In this document: in pieces, positions 36,498-37,316 of the stretch
Layout: each line of letters begins with the position of its first letter
Numbering within the stretch: position 1 is the first letter of the stretch
Assembly: GCA_030754595.1 (NCBI GenBank)
Contig: JASLZZ010000131.1
Location: 1 to 37,316, forward strand
From: Nitrospinota bacterium
Lineage (GTDB): Bacteria > UBA8248
Direction: 5' to 3'
DNA: 37,316 nt
The notes under the pieces: model-generated
The model's input: the letters and a program-made list of their open reading frames with translations, nothing else
Told to the model about the DNA's origin: nothing
Database searches by the model: none
Position numbers and translations under genes: made by a program

Positions 36498-37171
36498 GTG
36501 GCGGGCGAAAAGCTCACGATTCAGACCATCGAGGTCTCGCACGTCCGGGCGCCGCTGCCCAAGCCGGCGGCCGCCTCGACGTTCCAGATACCCGCCGTGG
36601 ACACCTGCGCGATCACCCTCCGGACCAGGGAGGGCGTGAGCGGCGTCGGCTGGTGCGCCGCTTTCGGAGCCGAGAAGTGCCGGGCGCTGATGGCGATGGT
36701 GCGCGATCTTTTCGGGGTGCTCATCGGCAAGGATGCCGGCGACACAGAGGGCAACTAGGCGGCGATGCGCCATGCGGCCGGCTTCGTCGGCCGGGACGGC
36801 ATCAGCGCGATGCCCATCGGGGCGCTCGACACCGCCCTTTGGGACATCAAGGCCAAGGCGGCCGGGGCGCCGCTCTGGAAGCTCCTCGGTGGAGAGCGGA
36901 CCGAGGTACCCGCCTACGCCAGCGAGGGACTCTGGATCAACGCCGAAATCGGCGAGTTGAGAGAAGAGGCGGCTTCGTTTATTGAGCGCGGCCACGCCGG
37001 GATGAAGCTCCGGGTCGGCAAGCCCCATCTCGGGGAAGACGTCGCGCGGACCGCCGCCGTCAGGGAAGTCATCGGCCCCGAGGCCGCGCTCATGGTGGAC
37101 GCCAACCAGGGCTGGACAGTCGAGCGGGCGAAGGAGGCCTGCCGGGCGCTCAGGGAGTTTGGCCCCGAGTG
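36498..37171 (+). pseudogene. Mandelate racemase/muconate lactonizing enzyme family gene, with a nonsense codon and truncated
   Basis: ALDTALWDIKAKAAGAPLWKLLGG, VPAYAS, MKLRVG, LMVDANQGW; TAG at 36756-36758; breaks off just before the expected W-x-E-E-P motif. Confidence 0.85.
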
Positions 37172-37316
37172 CTGGAGGCCGATAGCCTAGCGAGCTGTGC
37201 GGCCTGATTCTGTTGTAGATATGCCGCCAGCGCTCCACCAGCACCTTTGCTTCATCTAGCGTATCGAATCCCTCCAGATTCAAGAGTTCATCACGCAATT
37301 CTGCTCTGAGACCTCG
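37170..37316 (-). mobile_element. IS3-family transposase (integrase core) C-terminal fragment
   Basis: LRDELLNLEGFDTLDEAKVLVERWRHIYNRIRPHSSLGYRPPA; abrupt drop in GC; no terminal inverted repeat visible. Confidence 0.8.

Noticed and set aside
36756..36758. In-frame TAG in the MR/MLE gene as recoding
   Set aside because: Best explained as TGG-to-TAG in a gene that is also truncated by an IS fragment.
36492..37298. 268-aa transposase ORF
   Set aside because: Only the first ~43 codons are transposase; the remainder is antisense read-through of the racemase gene.

Overview
High-GC bacterial chromosomal window with no rRNA, tRNA or CRISPR array found. It carries futalosine-pathway menaquinone genes (mqnE-mqnA, and mqnC with a likely aminodeoxyfutalosine deaminase), an amidase, a stand-alone DMSO-reductase-family molybdo/tungstoenzyme, a mazEF-type module with a degenerate toxin, bioF, crcB/fluC, a CoA-transferase pair, a tartrate/D-malate dehydrogenase-like enzyme, rluB and several transporters. 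An IS3-family remnant lies at the right end. The main hidden signal is UGA recoding: three genes that the ORF track splits or misses become full-length proteins if an in-frame TGA at a conserved Cys position is read as selenocysteine, and each TGA is followed by a SECIS-like hairpin. They are an OsmC-like protein (5386-5928, UxxT), a CMD/AhpD-like protein absent from the ORF track (16964-17224 minus, CxxU) and a VOC/glyoxalase-fold protein (35890-36495, CFIRU-H-x-x-HH). I do not recognise the VOC family as a classical selenoprotein family. A tandem pair of ~75-aa proteins shares a conserved C-terminal PxWMxxLIxSLxxEExR motif. Many other genes have homopolymer frameshifts or nonsense codons (sequencing error or gene decay), which is the main caveat for the VOC call. 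All family calls come from motif recognition by eye; no database searches were run.
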